A DNA stretch of 64,000 nt. Source: a virus. Below the pieces are notes generated by a model that saw only the letters and a list, made by a program, of their open reading frames with translations, ran no database searches and had not been told where the DNA came from. The stretch covers positions 1-64,000 of the IMG/VR virus record IMGVR_UViG_3300033553_000372; one strand, 5' to 3'. Position numbers and translations under genes: made by a program. Each line of letters opens with the position of its first letter. Position 1 is the stretch's first letter. This document shows, one piece after another, positions 1-8,273 of the stretch.

Positions 1-35
1 AATATGCTTTAGCAATAAACGTATTTGATAATGCT

Positions 36-539
36 ATGACTACAGTTATTGAGAATGCAGAGATTGATGCTCACATTACCTCAAAAGATGTGGGAACAAG
101 ATTACATGATTCAGTTAGAATTGGCGATCAAGATAATGAGTTAGAAGTAAATGATGATGGATCAATTAATGTAAATATTGTTTCTTCAGTTTCTTCTAAT
201 GAGGTTGAAAAAAATATCTTTAATGAAGCTCCAGCTGTAGTTTCTGGTATAGAAACGTCTATAGTATCATATACAGTTCCAGCACTTATTACAGCTAAAA
301 TTCAAAGAATATCTTTTAGTGGACAATCAATTGGAACTTTCAATCTATATAAGAATGGAAATAAGATAGATGTGAAACATACTTGGTTTAATGGACCAAT
401 GTTTGGAGACTTTGTTTTCATTGGCGCATCTGAAGAGGGACAAGTTTTTGCAGCTGGAGATAAAATTGAATTGAAAGTTTTACATAATAGAACATCAGGC
501 GATTTTACAGGAAGAATCCAATTAATAGAGATAATGTAA
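36..539 (+). CDS. Putative virion structural (decoration-type, beta-rich) protein
   Basis: 167-aa ORF with beta-strand-rich composition, upstream of the neck genes. Confidence 0.5.
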   Translation: MTTVIENAEIDAHITSKDVGTRLHDSVRIGDQDNELEVNDDGSINVNIVSSVSSNEVEKNIFNEAPAVVSGIETSIVSYTVPALITAKIQRISFSGQSIGTFNLYKNGNKIDVKHTWFNGPMFGDFVFIGASEEGQVFAAGDKIELKVLHNRTSGDFTGRIQLIEIM

Positions 540-562
540 GTATAAAATGACGGAGCTTTATA

Positions 563-742
563 ATGACTAAATTAGAAATTTTAAGAATCAAATCTCAACT
601 AGCATCTGTATCTGCTGCGAAGATGGAGCAAGAATACCAGTTGGAATTAAAAAAAGATGAGTGTAAGCGCTTAGAGAATGCAATTAAAGTTCAGGACGAA
701 AAAATAATTGAATTAACAGACATTTTAAATAAAGGGGAATAA
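563..742 (+). CDS. Small coiled-coil hypothetical protein (59 aa, below ORF-track cutoff)
   Basis: GGAG SD then ATG at 563; MTKLEILRIKSQLASVSAAKMEQEYQLELKKDECKRLENAIKVQDEKIIELTDILNKGE*; fills the gap between neighbours. Confidence 0.75.
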   Translation: MTKLEILRIKSQLASVSAAKMEQEYQLELKKDECKRLENAIKVQDEKIIELTDILNKGE

Positions 743-745
743 CTT

Positions 746-1507
746 ATGTCAGATCAAAATACAGCTTTGCCAGTTCGTACTGAAGGAGATCTTCAAGAGA
801 AGATTCAATCTAAAATTGTAGATTTTATTGATCCAACTAAAGGTGCCCAAGTCGATGGAGATAAAAATCTTCACGTTGAAATGCATGGTGATGATCCTGC
901 TGGAACTGATAGAGTTATGAAATTATCAGAAGCTGGAAATGTTGTTTTAGACGGTGTTTATAATGTTGGGACAAATACTGTTCCTGCAAGTGTTGGCTTA
1001 GTTGCTGCAGTTAGAAATGCTGCTCCAGGCTTAGTAAACATGCTTCAAAGAATTACTTCAGTTACTAATGGATTAAAAAGATTATTAGACGTTTCTATTC
1101 ATGATGAAAATGGAGATTTCTTTTCAACTTCTAATCCACTTCCAGTTACAATTACTGATTCTGAAGGAGTTGAGATTAATGATTATAAAACTTCAGCTGC
1201 AGTAGCGGCTAACGCTTCAGTTAATCATGATTATACAGTAACAGCTTTAAAGATTTTAAAGTTATCTCAAATTTTAGTAAGTGCTTCTGGTAAAATTAAA
1301 GCAGAAGTAAAAGTTGAAACTGCAGTAGCATCTGGAGTATTTAATACTGTAGCTGTTCAATTCAACTCAACAGCTAATCCAAATCTTCCATTCATTATTG
1401 TGGAAAATGTAACTGTTGCCGCAGGTGTTAAAGTTAGACTAACAATTACAAATAAAGATAATCAACCTCAAGATGTTTACTCAACAACTTCTGGTCATGA
1501 AATTTAA
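746..1507 (+). CDS. Putative virion structural protein
   Basis: 253 aa, V/T/A/N-rich, C-terminal jelly-roll-like strand pattern, GGGG SD. Confidence 0.55.
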   Translation: MSDQNTALPVRTEGDLQEKIQSKIVDFIDPTKGAQVDGDKNLHVEMHGDDPAGTDRVMKLSEAGNVVLDGVYNVGTNTVPASVGLVAAVRNAAPGLVNMLQRITSVTNGLKRLLDVSIHDENGDFFSTSNPLPVTITDSEGVEINDYKTSAAVAANASVNHDYTVTALKILKLSQILVSASGKIKAEVKVETAVASGVFNTVAVQFNSTANPNLPFIIVENVTVAAGVKVRLTITNKDNQPQDVYSTTSGHEI

Positions 1508-1518
1508 TTAGGTAAAAA

Positions 1519-1899
1519 ATGGTAGATTTAACAGACGTACAATCAGGCCTTCAAGTTAAAATAATAGGCCAAAGCTCCACTGGATCAGAAACAAATCCTG
1601 TTGGAGCTACGACTTTACTTGATCTTCAAACGGCAGATGTTCCTAATCAATTAGGACTGAATACTATTTTGAATTTAACAACTACTCCAACAGAAGGAAA
1701 AGTTGGAGCAACTGCTTTGGCTAATAGAAAGATAGTTGAGATGCAAGGCTTAACTACAAATGTTAAGTGGGGATATGACGCAACATGTCCATTTGATTTA
1801 TTCAAGAGTCAATTCTTTAGTTTACCAATGGGATTTAACTGTAAAATTTATTTCAAGATGTCTACTGGTACAGGATCAGTTGCATTTGGGGAGAAATAA
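1519..1899 (+). CDS. Putative virion structural protein
   Basis: 126 aa in the structural operon, AGGT SD. Confidence 0.5.
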   Translation: MVDLTDVQSGLQVKIIGQSSTGSETNPVGATTLLDLQTADVPNQLGLNTILNLTTTPTEGKVGATALANRKIVEMQGLTTNVKWGYDATCPFDLFKSQFFSLPMGFNCKIYFKMSTGTGSVAFGEK

Positions 1900-2412
1900 A
1901 TGTCAGGTCCATTTACATCACCAGTAGCACAATCAGTTCCGTTTGAACCAGATAGAAATCCACAATATAATGGAAATCCTGGTCCATCTGGAATTTCTTC
2001 ATTAAACGTTCAAGATGCAATTGAAGAAGCAAAAGCAGATGCACTTGCTAATGATCGCTTTGTTCTTCTAACTTCATACGGTGGTAATGCAAATTCAGGA
2101 AGATACACTGAATGGTATGCAGGATCTGCAGGTGATGTTTCTCCAATTTTATTATCTGCTCCTGCAAGATTATTAAACATCACTTGTCAAACAACTGCAG
2201 CAAATTCAAATGCAACCATTGGAGTTTTTGATTTAAATGTTAGCTCTTCAATTCCAATTTATTCTTTTGATATGGGTGGAAATAAGAGAGTGGAATTTAT
2301 TGGTGCTCCTTCATTAGCAAATTTTACAGCAGGTGCTTTAGTTGCAATTCGAGTTATCACTGGATCAATCAACACTCCAACAATGCAAGTTACATTTAGT
2401 GCATCAACTTAA
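1900..2412 (+). CDS. Putative virion structural/fibre-like protein
   Basis: Contains the NVQDAIEE motif typical of fibre/decoration proteins; abuts the upstream gene. Confidence 0.5.
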   Translation: MSGPFTSPVAQSVPFEPDRNPQYNGNPGPSGISSLNVQDAIEEAKADALANDRFVLLTSYGGNANSGRYTEWYAGSAGDVSPILLSAPARLLNITCQTTAANSNATIGVFDLNVSSSIPIYSFDMGGNKRVEFIGAPSLANFTAGALVAIRVITGSINTPTMQVTFSAST

Positions 2413-2421
2413 GGAATTTTT

Positions 2422-3444
2422 ATGACTAAGAAAATTAAAAATATAGATTCAATAGCTCATTCTTATGGTGGAGTTTATATTGAAGCAAATTCATTTTATG
2501 AATGTCAAAATCAAATAGAAGCAGAACTTTTCTCCAAAGATAATATTTTTTTAAATGATTTAAATTCTAATCTTGCAGAAGTTTATAACGATGCAATAAA
2601 AATAATTGGACTAAGTGAATCAATACTTTTTTTAAATGATAATGCTCAAACTGTAAAATTAGATGTTGAAAAAACATCAACTGGATTGCAAAAAATTGCA
2701 GTTTATGAACCAGAAGGTGACTCAGCAACTATAGTTACTTTTGACTTAACAGATAAGTGTTCATGGTATCCATCATCAATTCAAATCGTTCAAGAAACAT
2801 TAACAACTTCCGATAATTTAATTTACTCAAGTGTAAATCCATTCTGGATAGATTTAACTCATGGTCGCTGCTATGATGAAGATAATATCATGGAAGGAAA
2901 TGCTTTTAAGTGGGCTGTCAAACTTTATATTGACGATGTTCTTCAGGCGGTTAATGAAGCTTTATGGACAGTTGATTATATTACTGGAAAAGTTATTTTT
3001 TCTAATGCTCAAACCGGAATTATAAAAGTTAGTTACTCGTATGCAACAAATTCATATTATTCTGTTAGACCAAAAATTGGAAAGAAGCTTTCCGTTAAAG
3101 CAGCTGAAGTTCAATTTTCAACAAATATTTCACTACCTTCTCCAATTATTTTTGAACCATGGTTTATTAATCATCCATATTATGGTACCATGGCTATCCC
3201 AGGAAAGAAAATTGTTTATAAAAATATGAAAGATTTCGTCAGTGCCTGCAATGAAGGTCAGGGATTAATTCCAAAATTAGGTGAACTAAATTATGATGTT
3301 CATGTTTTCCCATTTGATTATGCAAGACCAAAACCAATTAAATATTCTGACTATGTAGAGATAAGAGTTTATATTAAAAACCATGAACCATTAACAGGTG
3401 AATATGCTACTGGAACCTTCTATGTAGCAATTGATTCGGAGTAA
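2422..3444 (+). CDS. Putative virion structural protein
   Basis: 340 aa; contains WTVDYITGKVIF...IKVSYSY, a small beta-module common in tail/baseplate proteins. Confidence 0.5.
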   Translation: MTKKIKNIDSIAHSYGGVYIEANSFYECQNQIEAELFSKDNIFLNDLNSNLAEVYNDAIKIIGLSESILFLNDNAQTVKLDVEKTSTGLQKIAVYEPEGDSATIVTFDLTDKCSWYPSSIQIVQETLTTSDNLIYSSVNPFWIDLTHGRCYDEDNIMEGNAFKWAVKLYIDDVLQAVNEALWTVDYITGKVIFSNAQTGIIKVSYSYATNSYYSVRPKIGKKLSVKAAEVQFSTNISLPSPIIFEPWFINHPYYGTMAIPGKKIVYKNMKDFVSACNEGQGLIPKLGELNYDVHVFPFDYARPKPIKYSDYVEIRVYIKNHEPLTGEYATGTFYVAIDSE

Positions 3445-3446
3445 AA

Positions 3447-3962
3447 ATGAAAAAGTTAACCTTTGGATTTTCGACAACACATTTACCATTAAGCTGGCTA
3501 ATCAGAAAAATTCAAGGAATTGATTGTTCTCATTGCTATATTCAATATACCTCTTCATCTGGAGAAGAATTGATTTACGAAGCTGAAGGAATGCAAACGC
3601 ATTTAGTTAATAAGAAAAATTTTATTGTTTCTTCTATGGTTGTTAGAGAATACGAAATAGAAGTAACCCAAGAAAAATATGATGAAGTGAAAATCTTCAT
3701 TGAAAGAGATATTGGAGTGCCTTATGGTTGGATGCAACTAGTAGGATTTTTAATTAAATTCGTTGTTAAATTCATAACATTTAATCATATTATTATCAAG
3801 AATCCATTTCCTTCTAAGGATACCATTTGCTCTGAGGCTTCAGGTCATATTTATATTGAGTATTTAGGTGGAGATAGAGGAGGCATATTGGATGATGATA
3901 TTGATATTGTATGGATTTTGAGTAAAATAGAATCAGACAATAGATTCAAAAGGATAAAATAA
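3447..3962 (+). CDS. Permuted papain-like NlpC/P60 (YiiX/YebB-like) amidase/peptidase
   Basis: Motif order SH(C)YI...YEA...GxPY...ICSE, with His before the catalytic Cys. Confidence 0.65.
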   Translation: MKKLTFGFSTTHLPLSWLIRKIQGIDCSHCYIQYTSSSGEELIYEAEGMQTHLVNKKNFIVSSMVVREYEIEVTQEKYDEVKIFIERDIGVPYGWMQLVGFLIKFVVKFITFNHIIIKNPFPSKDTICSEASGHIYIEYLGGDRGGILDDDIDIVWILSKIESDNRFKRIK

Positions 3963-4720
3963 TGGCAACATATACATCAATTTTAAAACCTACGGCTTAC
4001 TTAACTTTGCAAGAAGTAGCTGAATGGTTAAATATTAAACCAAACTTATACGCTGTACCAGCTGATCCTGCTCCATTTTTATCAGGACAAGAAGAACTAA
4101 GAAGATTACTTGAAAGAGTAATCAATATTGCTTGTGATAAAGTTCAAAACATTTTACAAACGTCTGTTATTGCTAAACAATTTGAAGAAACGTTAGATGG
4201 AAATAACTCAAACGTAATACTTCCATCTAAGTGGCCTATTGTTTCTGTTCAAGAAGTAAGAATAGATTATAATAGAAACTTTGGTCCAGAGACAATTGTT
4301 TCATCTGTTAATCAAATTTTAAGGGGATATGCAGATGTAAGACAAGAGTTTACTGATTTGGCATTAAGAATTGTCGGAAACGATATCGTATTAAGAGATG
4401 ATGGCTTTGATACCATTATTGGAAAGATATTTTCTGGATCTGTTATTGGAAGCACAAAAATAAAATATACCGCCGGTTGGGCTAAAGATGCTGAAGATAT
4501 TCCTTTTGACTTAAGACACGCAACAACTTTATTAGTTGAATATTATTATTTCCAAAGAAGCAATAGAGATTTGAATATAACTTCAAAAGGTGTTCGTGGA
4601 GAATCCTTCTCTAAAATTAAAGATGGTATTCCGGATACGATTTTAGAATTGCTTGAGCCGTATAAAGATGTAACAATGCCATTATTCGAGAAATCTCAAA
4701 CGAATATATTTGGAGTTTAA
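3962..4720 (+). CDS. Head-tail adaptor/connector protein
   Basis: YLTLQEVAEWL N-terminus, WPIVSV, YTAGW..IP.DLR.A, LLEPY; position before neck genes. Confidence 0.8.
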   Translation: MATYTSILKPTAYLTLQEVAEWLNIKPNLYAVPADPAPFLSGQEELRRLLERVINIACDKVQNILQTSVIAKQFEETLDGNNSNVILPSKWPIVSVQEVRIDYNRNFGPETIVSSVNQILRGYADVRQEFTDLALRIVGNDIVLRDDGFDTIIGKIFSGSVIGSTKIKYTAGWAKDAEDIPFDLRHATTLLVEYYYFQRSNRDLNITSKGVRGESFSKIKDGIPDTILELLEPYKDVTMPLFEKSQTNIFGV

Positions 4721-5206
4721 TTGAAGTTAATAATTGCTGATAACATTAAAGAAGTTGTTGCAAAAATGAGCGAAAATGCTTCTCTTGTAAATAGAGGCAT
4801 GGCCATTCAAATGTATCAAGCTTTAACAATGTTAGAAGCAGCCATGAAACAAAATATTAGAGTTCGATCTGGATTACATGTTAGATCTGGATCGCTCTTA
4901 AACTCTGTCCAAAAAGATCTACAAGTTAATGGTAATACTGTAACAGGTCGCGTCGGTCCTGAAAATATTTCATACGCTGCTATCCACGAGTATGGTGGTA
5001 TGATACCAGCAAGAAGAGTTGAGCCGAGAAATACTCAAGCATTAAAGTTTATGGGTGGAAATGGACAATTTTGGTTTTCAAAAGGCCACGATATCCCAGC
5101 AACAAGAATACCTGCTAGACCATATATGCAACCTGCGATAGATGAAAAAGCAGATATCATAAGAGAAAAGTTTAGATTTTTTATAAAACAAACGATGGAT
5201 AAATAA
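4721..5206 (+). CDS. Neck/tail-completion protein (HK97 gp10-like, virion morphogenesis)
   Basis: RSGSLLNS, YAAIHEYGG and IPARPYMQPA motifs; TTG start with GGAG SD. Confidence 0.8.
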   Translation: MKLIIADNIKEVVAKMSENASLVNRGMAIQMYQALTMLEAAMKQNIRVRSGLHVRSGSLLNSVQKDLQVNGNTVTGRVGPENISYAAIHEYGGMIPARRVEPRNTQALKFMGGNGQFWFSKGHDIPATRIPARPYMQPAIDEKADIIREKFRFFIKQTMDK

Positions 5207-5700
5207 TGGAACTACCAATATCAGAACTTGAAGTAATACAGACAGCGGCAAATGTTTTCAAGTCTCGTCGACTTAGAATTTTAAAGGCTCTTCAATCAAT
5301 ATTGCAAACAATAACAATTGCAAATGGGTACACGAGAGATATTCAAGATGTTCGAATGGATACTAAATCATGGAGAGATGTTTCAGCTCCTGAGTGTCCA
5401 ATTATATTTTTAGTTGATGATCAGGTTCAAATTGTTCGACACGCTGGTAAAACTAGAGAATATGTGTGGACTATAAGAATGTTCGGCGTTCTAAAGGAAA
5501 CTACATTAGAAGAATTTGAAGAATTTATTTCTGATGTGGAAGAATGTATTGAAGACAACAATCATTTAGCAGGAATTGTTAATAAAGCTGAGATTCAACA
5601 AGTTATAACTGATAATGGTTTATTTGACAATACTAATACAAGATTATTCGAAATTGAATTAAGATGCGAATTCATTAGGTGTCTTGGTAGACCAAGATAA
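5206..5700 (+). CDS. Tail terminator-like protein
   Basis: LQTITIANGYTRD motif and position before the tube gene. Confidence 0.65.
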   Translation: MELPISELEVIQTAANVFKSRRLRILKALQSILQTITIANGYTRDIQDVRMDTKSWRDVSAPECPIIFLVDDQVQIVRHAGKTREYVWTIRMFGVLKETTLEEFEEFISDVEECIEDNNHLAGIVNKAEIQQVITDNGLFDNTNTRLFEIELRCEFIRCLGRPR

Positions 5701-5705
5701 TTGCT

Positions 5706-5713
5706 ATTGTAAA
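5706..5713 (+). promoter_or_regulatory. Candidate late-promoter motif ATTGTAAA
   Basis: Same 8-mer recurs in short intergenic gaps at 15242, 21962 and 60872, and at 32013 overlapping a stop codon. Confidence 0.35.
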
Positions 5714-5761
5714 TACTTGTTGTAAACCCGAGTTGAAAAACTTACAACATAGGAAGAAACA

Positions 5762-6052
5762 ATGTCACAACCTAACGCTTTCATTCGCTCTAAACTTCAC
5801 GACCCAGCTTATTTAGCTAAATTTCTTACAAAAATTGAAGATCTTTACGCTAAAAAATCAAACTCATTCAACGTTTACTTTGGTACACAAAGATACCTTG
5901 GTGAAAAAATGACTTTAGTTGATTTTTCTACTCCTGGTCAAATTTCTTTTACAGTAAATGCTGTAATTTACACTTTTTTAGTAGCAGATATCAGCATCGT
6001 TAAAAAAATACGTGCTCAAAAATATGTGTTTAAGGTAAACGCTTTAACATAA
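5762..6052 (+). CDS. Hypothetical protein
   Basis: 96-aa ORF with AGGA SD, preceded by an 8-bp inverted repeat (5718-5725/5742-5749). Confidence 0.7.
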   Translation: MSQPNAFIRSKLHDPAYLAKFLTKIEDLYAKKSNSFNVYFGTQRYLGEKMTLVDFSTPGQISFTVNAVIYTFLVADISIVKKIRAQKYVFKVNALT

Positions 6053-6095
6053 TAATAAATGAACAATAAACTAATTAAAAAATGAGGGTAATTAT

Positions 6096-7346
6096 ATGGC
6101 TGGAAGAAAATTAAAAGCAAGAAGTTATGAATTTTTAGGAGTCGATCAAAAAGTTTGGTTGGGCTCTGAAACAGGTGGATTTGGTGATGATGCTACTGGT
6201 GGATTACTTCCATTAGCTGCAAACGCTATCGACTTTATTACATGCGATATTAAGTTTGATATTCCAAGAGAAGATTCTCCCTCAAGATCGGGAAGATCGG
6301 TAGTTGCAAGATTATCTGGAAAGAAAACGGTTGAAGTAAAAGTTGAATCTCACATTATTCCAGGAACTCCAGTTGGATTAAATCCAAGTTTACCACCAAT
6401 GCACCCACTTATTCTTTCTGCATTTGGTGAAGTTGATCTTTCTAATCCTGCTGAAATTAAATATAAGCTATCAAGATTCAATGGAAACTCTGCAAGAATC
6501 GTTGAAGAAGCAACCCACTATGCAAGACTTGCGGTTGGTGTTGTTGGTGATAAATTAACATTTAGTTTACCAGGTGATGGTAAAGCTCAAATGAGTTTTG
6601 AAGGTTTTGCTCAAGACGCATATATCGCTGGTGAGTCTAATTTAGTTTCAGACACGGTTATTGGAAATGATATTGAAGTAACTGTTGGCCACGGCTTTAG
6701 ATTTGAAGTTGACTCTTTAGTTGATGTTATCGATGGTGTTGATGGAAATACAATCATTGTTTCTGCTAGAAAAGTAGTCGCAGTAGTTGGAGATATAGTA
6801 ACTCTTGATGGAGCAGCGTTCAGTGCAACAACTGGAGACTTTGCTATTGGTCACGCCCCAGCAGATTATTTACCAATCACAGCTGAATATGCTCTTCTTG
6901 GATTAAGAGGAACTTTTAATGTTGCAGGATTTCCAATTGGAGACTGTGAATTAATTATGGCTGAAATTGGTTTGTCTAACAACTATACTAAAAAAGATTT
7001 CTTATACGGTACAGATAAAATTTGTGGATTTATTGCAGATAAAAGAAGAGAAGTTTCTGTAAAAATTGAAGTTCTTTTGAATAAAGACACTTTAAGTTTT
7101 TATATGAGAAATAAACAATTTATTGCAGAAGAATTAACTATCACACTTGAGCCACAAAGAATACCAGGTCCATCTTTTTCTTCTTCAGTTGGTAGAACTT
7201 TTGAGTTTTATTTACCAAAAGTAGAATTTAACATTCCACCAATTGCTAACGAAGCAGATGCTTATGTTACATTATCTTTGGAAGGTAAAGCATTAGCTCC
7301 TGATAGTAATTCACTTGATGAAGAATTTACTTTAACAATTAAGTAA
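6096..7346 (+). CDS. Major tail tube protein with an inserted accessory domain
   Basis: 416 aa; C-terminal tube-type motifs (RREVSVKIE, FEFYLPKVEF, LSLEGKAL); followed by a terminator, chaperone and tape measure. Confidence 0.8.
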   Translation: MAGRKLKARSYEFLGVDQKVWLGSETGGFGDDATGGLLPLAANAIDFITCDIKFDIPREDSPSRSGRSVVARLSGKKTVEVKVESHIIPGTPVGLNPSLPPMHPLILSAFGEVDLSNPAEIKYKLSRFNGNSARIVEEATHYARLAVGVVGDKLTFSLPGDGKAQMSFEGFAQDAYIAGESNLVSDTVIGNDIEVTVGHGFRFEVDSLVDVIDGVDGNTIIVSARKVVAVVGDIVTLDGAAFSATTGDFAIGHAPADYLPITAEYALLGLRGTFNVAGFPIGDCELIMAEIGLSNNYTKKDFLYGTDKICGFIADKRREVSVKIEVLLNKDTLSFYMRNKQFIAEELTITLEPQRIPGPSFSSSVGRTFEFYLPKVEFNIPPIANEADAYVTLSLEGKALAPDSNSLDEEFTLTIK

Positions 7347-7377
7347 TGTTTTATAAGAAATAAATTAAGTAGAATAT

Positions 7378-7406
7378 AATAGGATCCGAAAGGGTCCTAT
7401 TTTTTT
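7378..7406 (+). terminator. Rho-independent terminator
   Basis: AATAGGATCC-GAAA-GGGTCCTATT stem-loop followed by a T-run. Confidence 0.85.
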
Positions 7407-7425
7407 AATCGAAAAGGAGATACTT

Positions 7426-7890
7426 GTGGCAATTAATTTTATTAAAATGAACGAAACTAAAAAAGTTGTGAGCGTACAAGATGACGCGATCGATAAAGAA
7501 AAATCTGACATGGTAGCATATTCAAAAGAATATGATATCTCACATTTAGTTTTTATTGATGGTCAAACTCCAGATTTCTTTGTAATTAATAACGTTTCAT
7601 CTTCTGATTTAGTTGCTATCCAACAAGATCATTATGTAACTGAAATTGCTCCAATTAAACCAGGTGCAACTTTAGAAGAAATGAAGAGAAATCAAGTTAT
7701 CATTAAGCCTGTTAAAACCGGCGAAATGTTAATTAAATATTTCTCTAAAGGATGTAAAGCTATACACTCTGGAACAAAAGTAACAGCAGTTGATGAGGCA
7801 TTGATTGATACTATTCCATCAACAATTCTTCAAGAAATTGGGTCTTATATTATGATGAGATCAACTGTGTCTGAGTCTAAAAAAAAATAA
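7426..7890 (+). CDS. Tail assembly chaperone (gpG-like)
   Basis: Lies between tube and tape measure; GTG start with AAGGAG SD; ends in an A9 slippery run. Confidence 0.8.
   Translation: MAINFIKMNETKKVVSVQDDAIDKEKSDMVAYSKEYDISHLVFIDGQTPDFFVINNVSSSDLVAIQQDHYVTEIAPIKPGATLEEMKRNQVIIKPVKTGEMLIKYFSKGCKAIHSGTKVTAVDEALIDTIPSTILQEIGSYIMMRSTVSESKKK
7879..7887 (+). other. Programmed -1 frameshift slippery site (A9)
   Basis: TCT AAA AAA AAA TAA; the -1 frame is open from 7887 (ATA ATC TCT ACT CTT GTT GAT ATG) into ORF 7908-8261. Confidence 0.8.
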
Positions 7891-8261
7891 TCTCTACTCT
7901 TGTTGATATGGTCCTAGATAATGAAAAATCTAGGACTTTTGATTGTTCAACATGCGACTATAATCTCCAACTTAATAGAAACTGTAGTAACTATTATACG
8001 CCTACTAAAATAATCCTCAATGATAACCTTTATGAGCAATGCCCAAGATCCATGATATTTAATCATCGCGACGATAGGTTTTTGGTTGATCTTTATTTTG
8101 AATGTAAAGAAAATAAATGTTATCCAAATCAAGGTACAATAGTTGACCAAACTGCTTATGTAAAAGACCTATTTGACTATATAGATGGGATTGTAAATAA
8201 GTATAGAGCAAAGAAACTTTCAGAACAAAACGCAAAATCAAATCCACAAAAGAAAAAATAA
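7887..8261 (+). CDS. Tail chaperone frameshift extension (gpT-like), Cys-rich
   Basis: -1 frame relative to the 7426 ORF, no SD before ATG 7908; CxxC...C...CP motif. Confidence 0.75.
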   Translation: MISTLVDMVLDNEKSRTFDCSTCDYNLQLNRNCSNYYTPTKIILNDNLYEQCPRSMIFNHRDDRFLVDLYFECKENKCYPNQGTIVDQTAYVKDLFDYIDGIVNKYRAKKLSEQNAKSNPQKKK

Positions 8262-8273
8262 GGCAATATAGTT

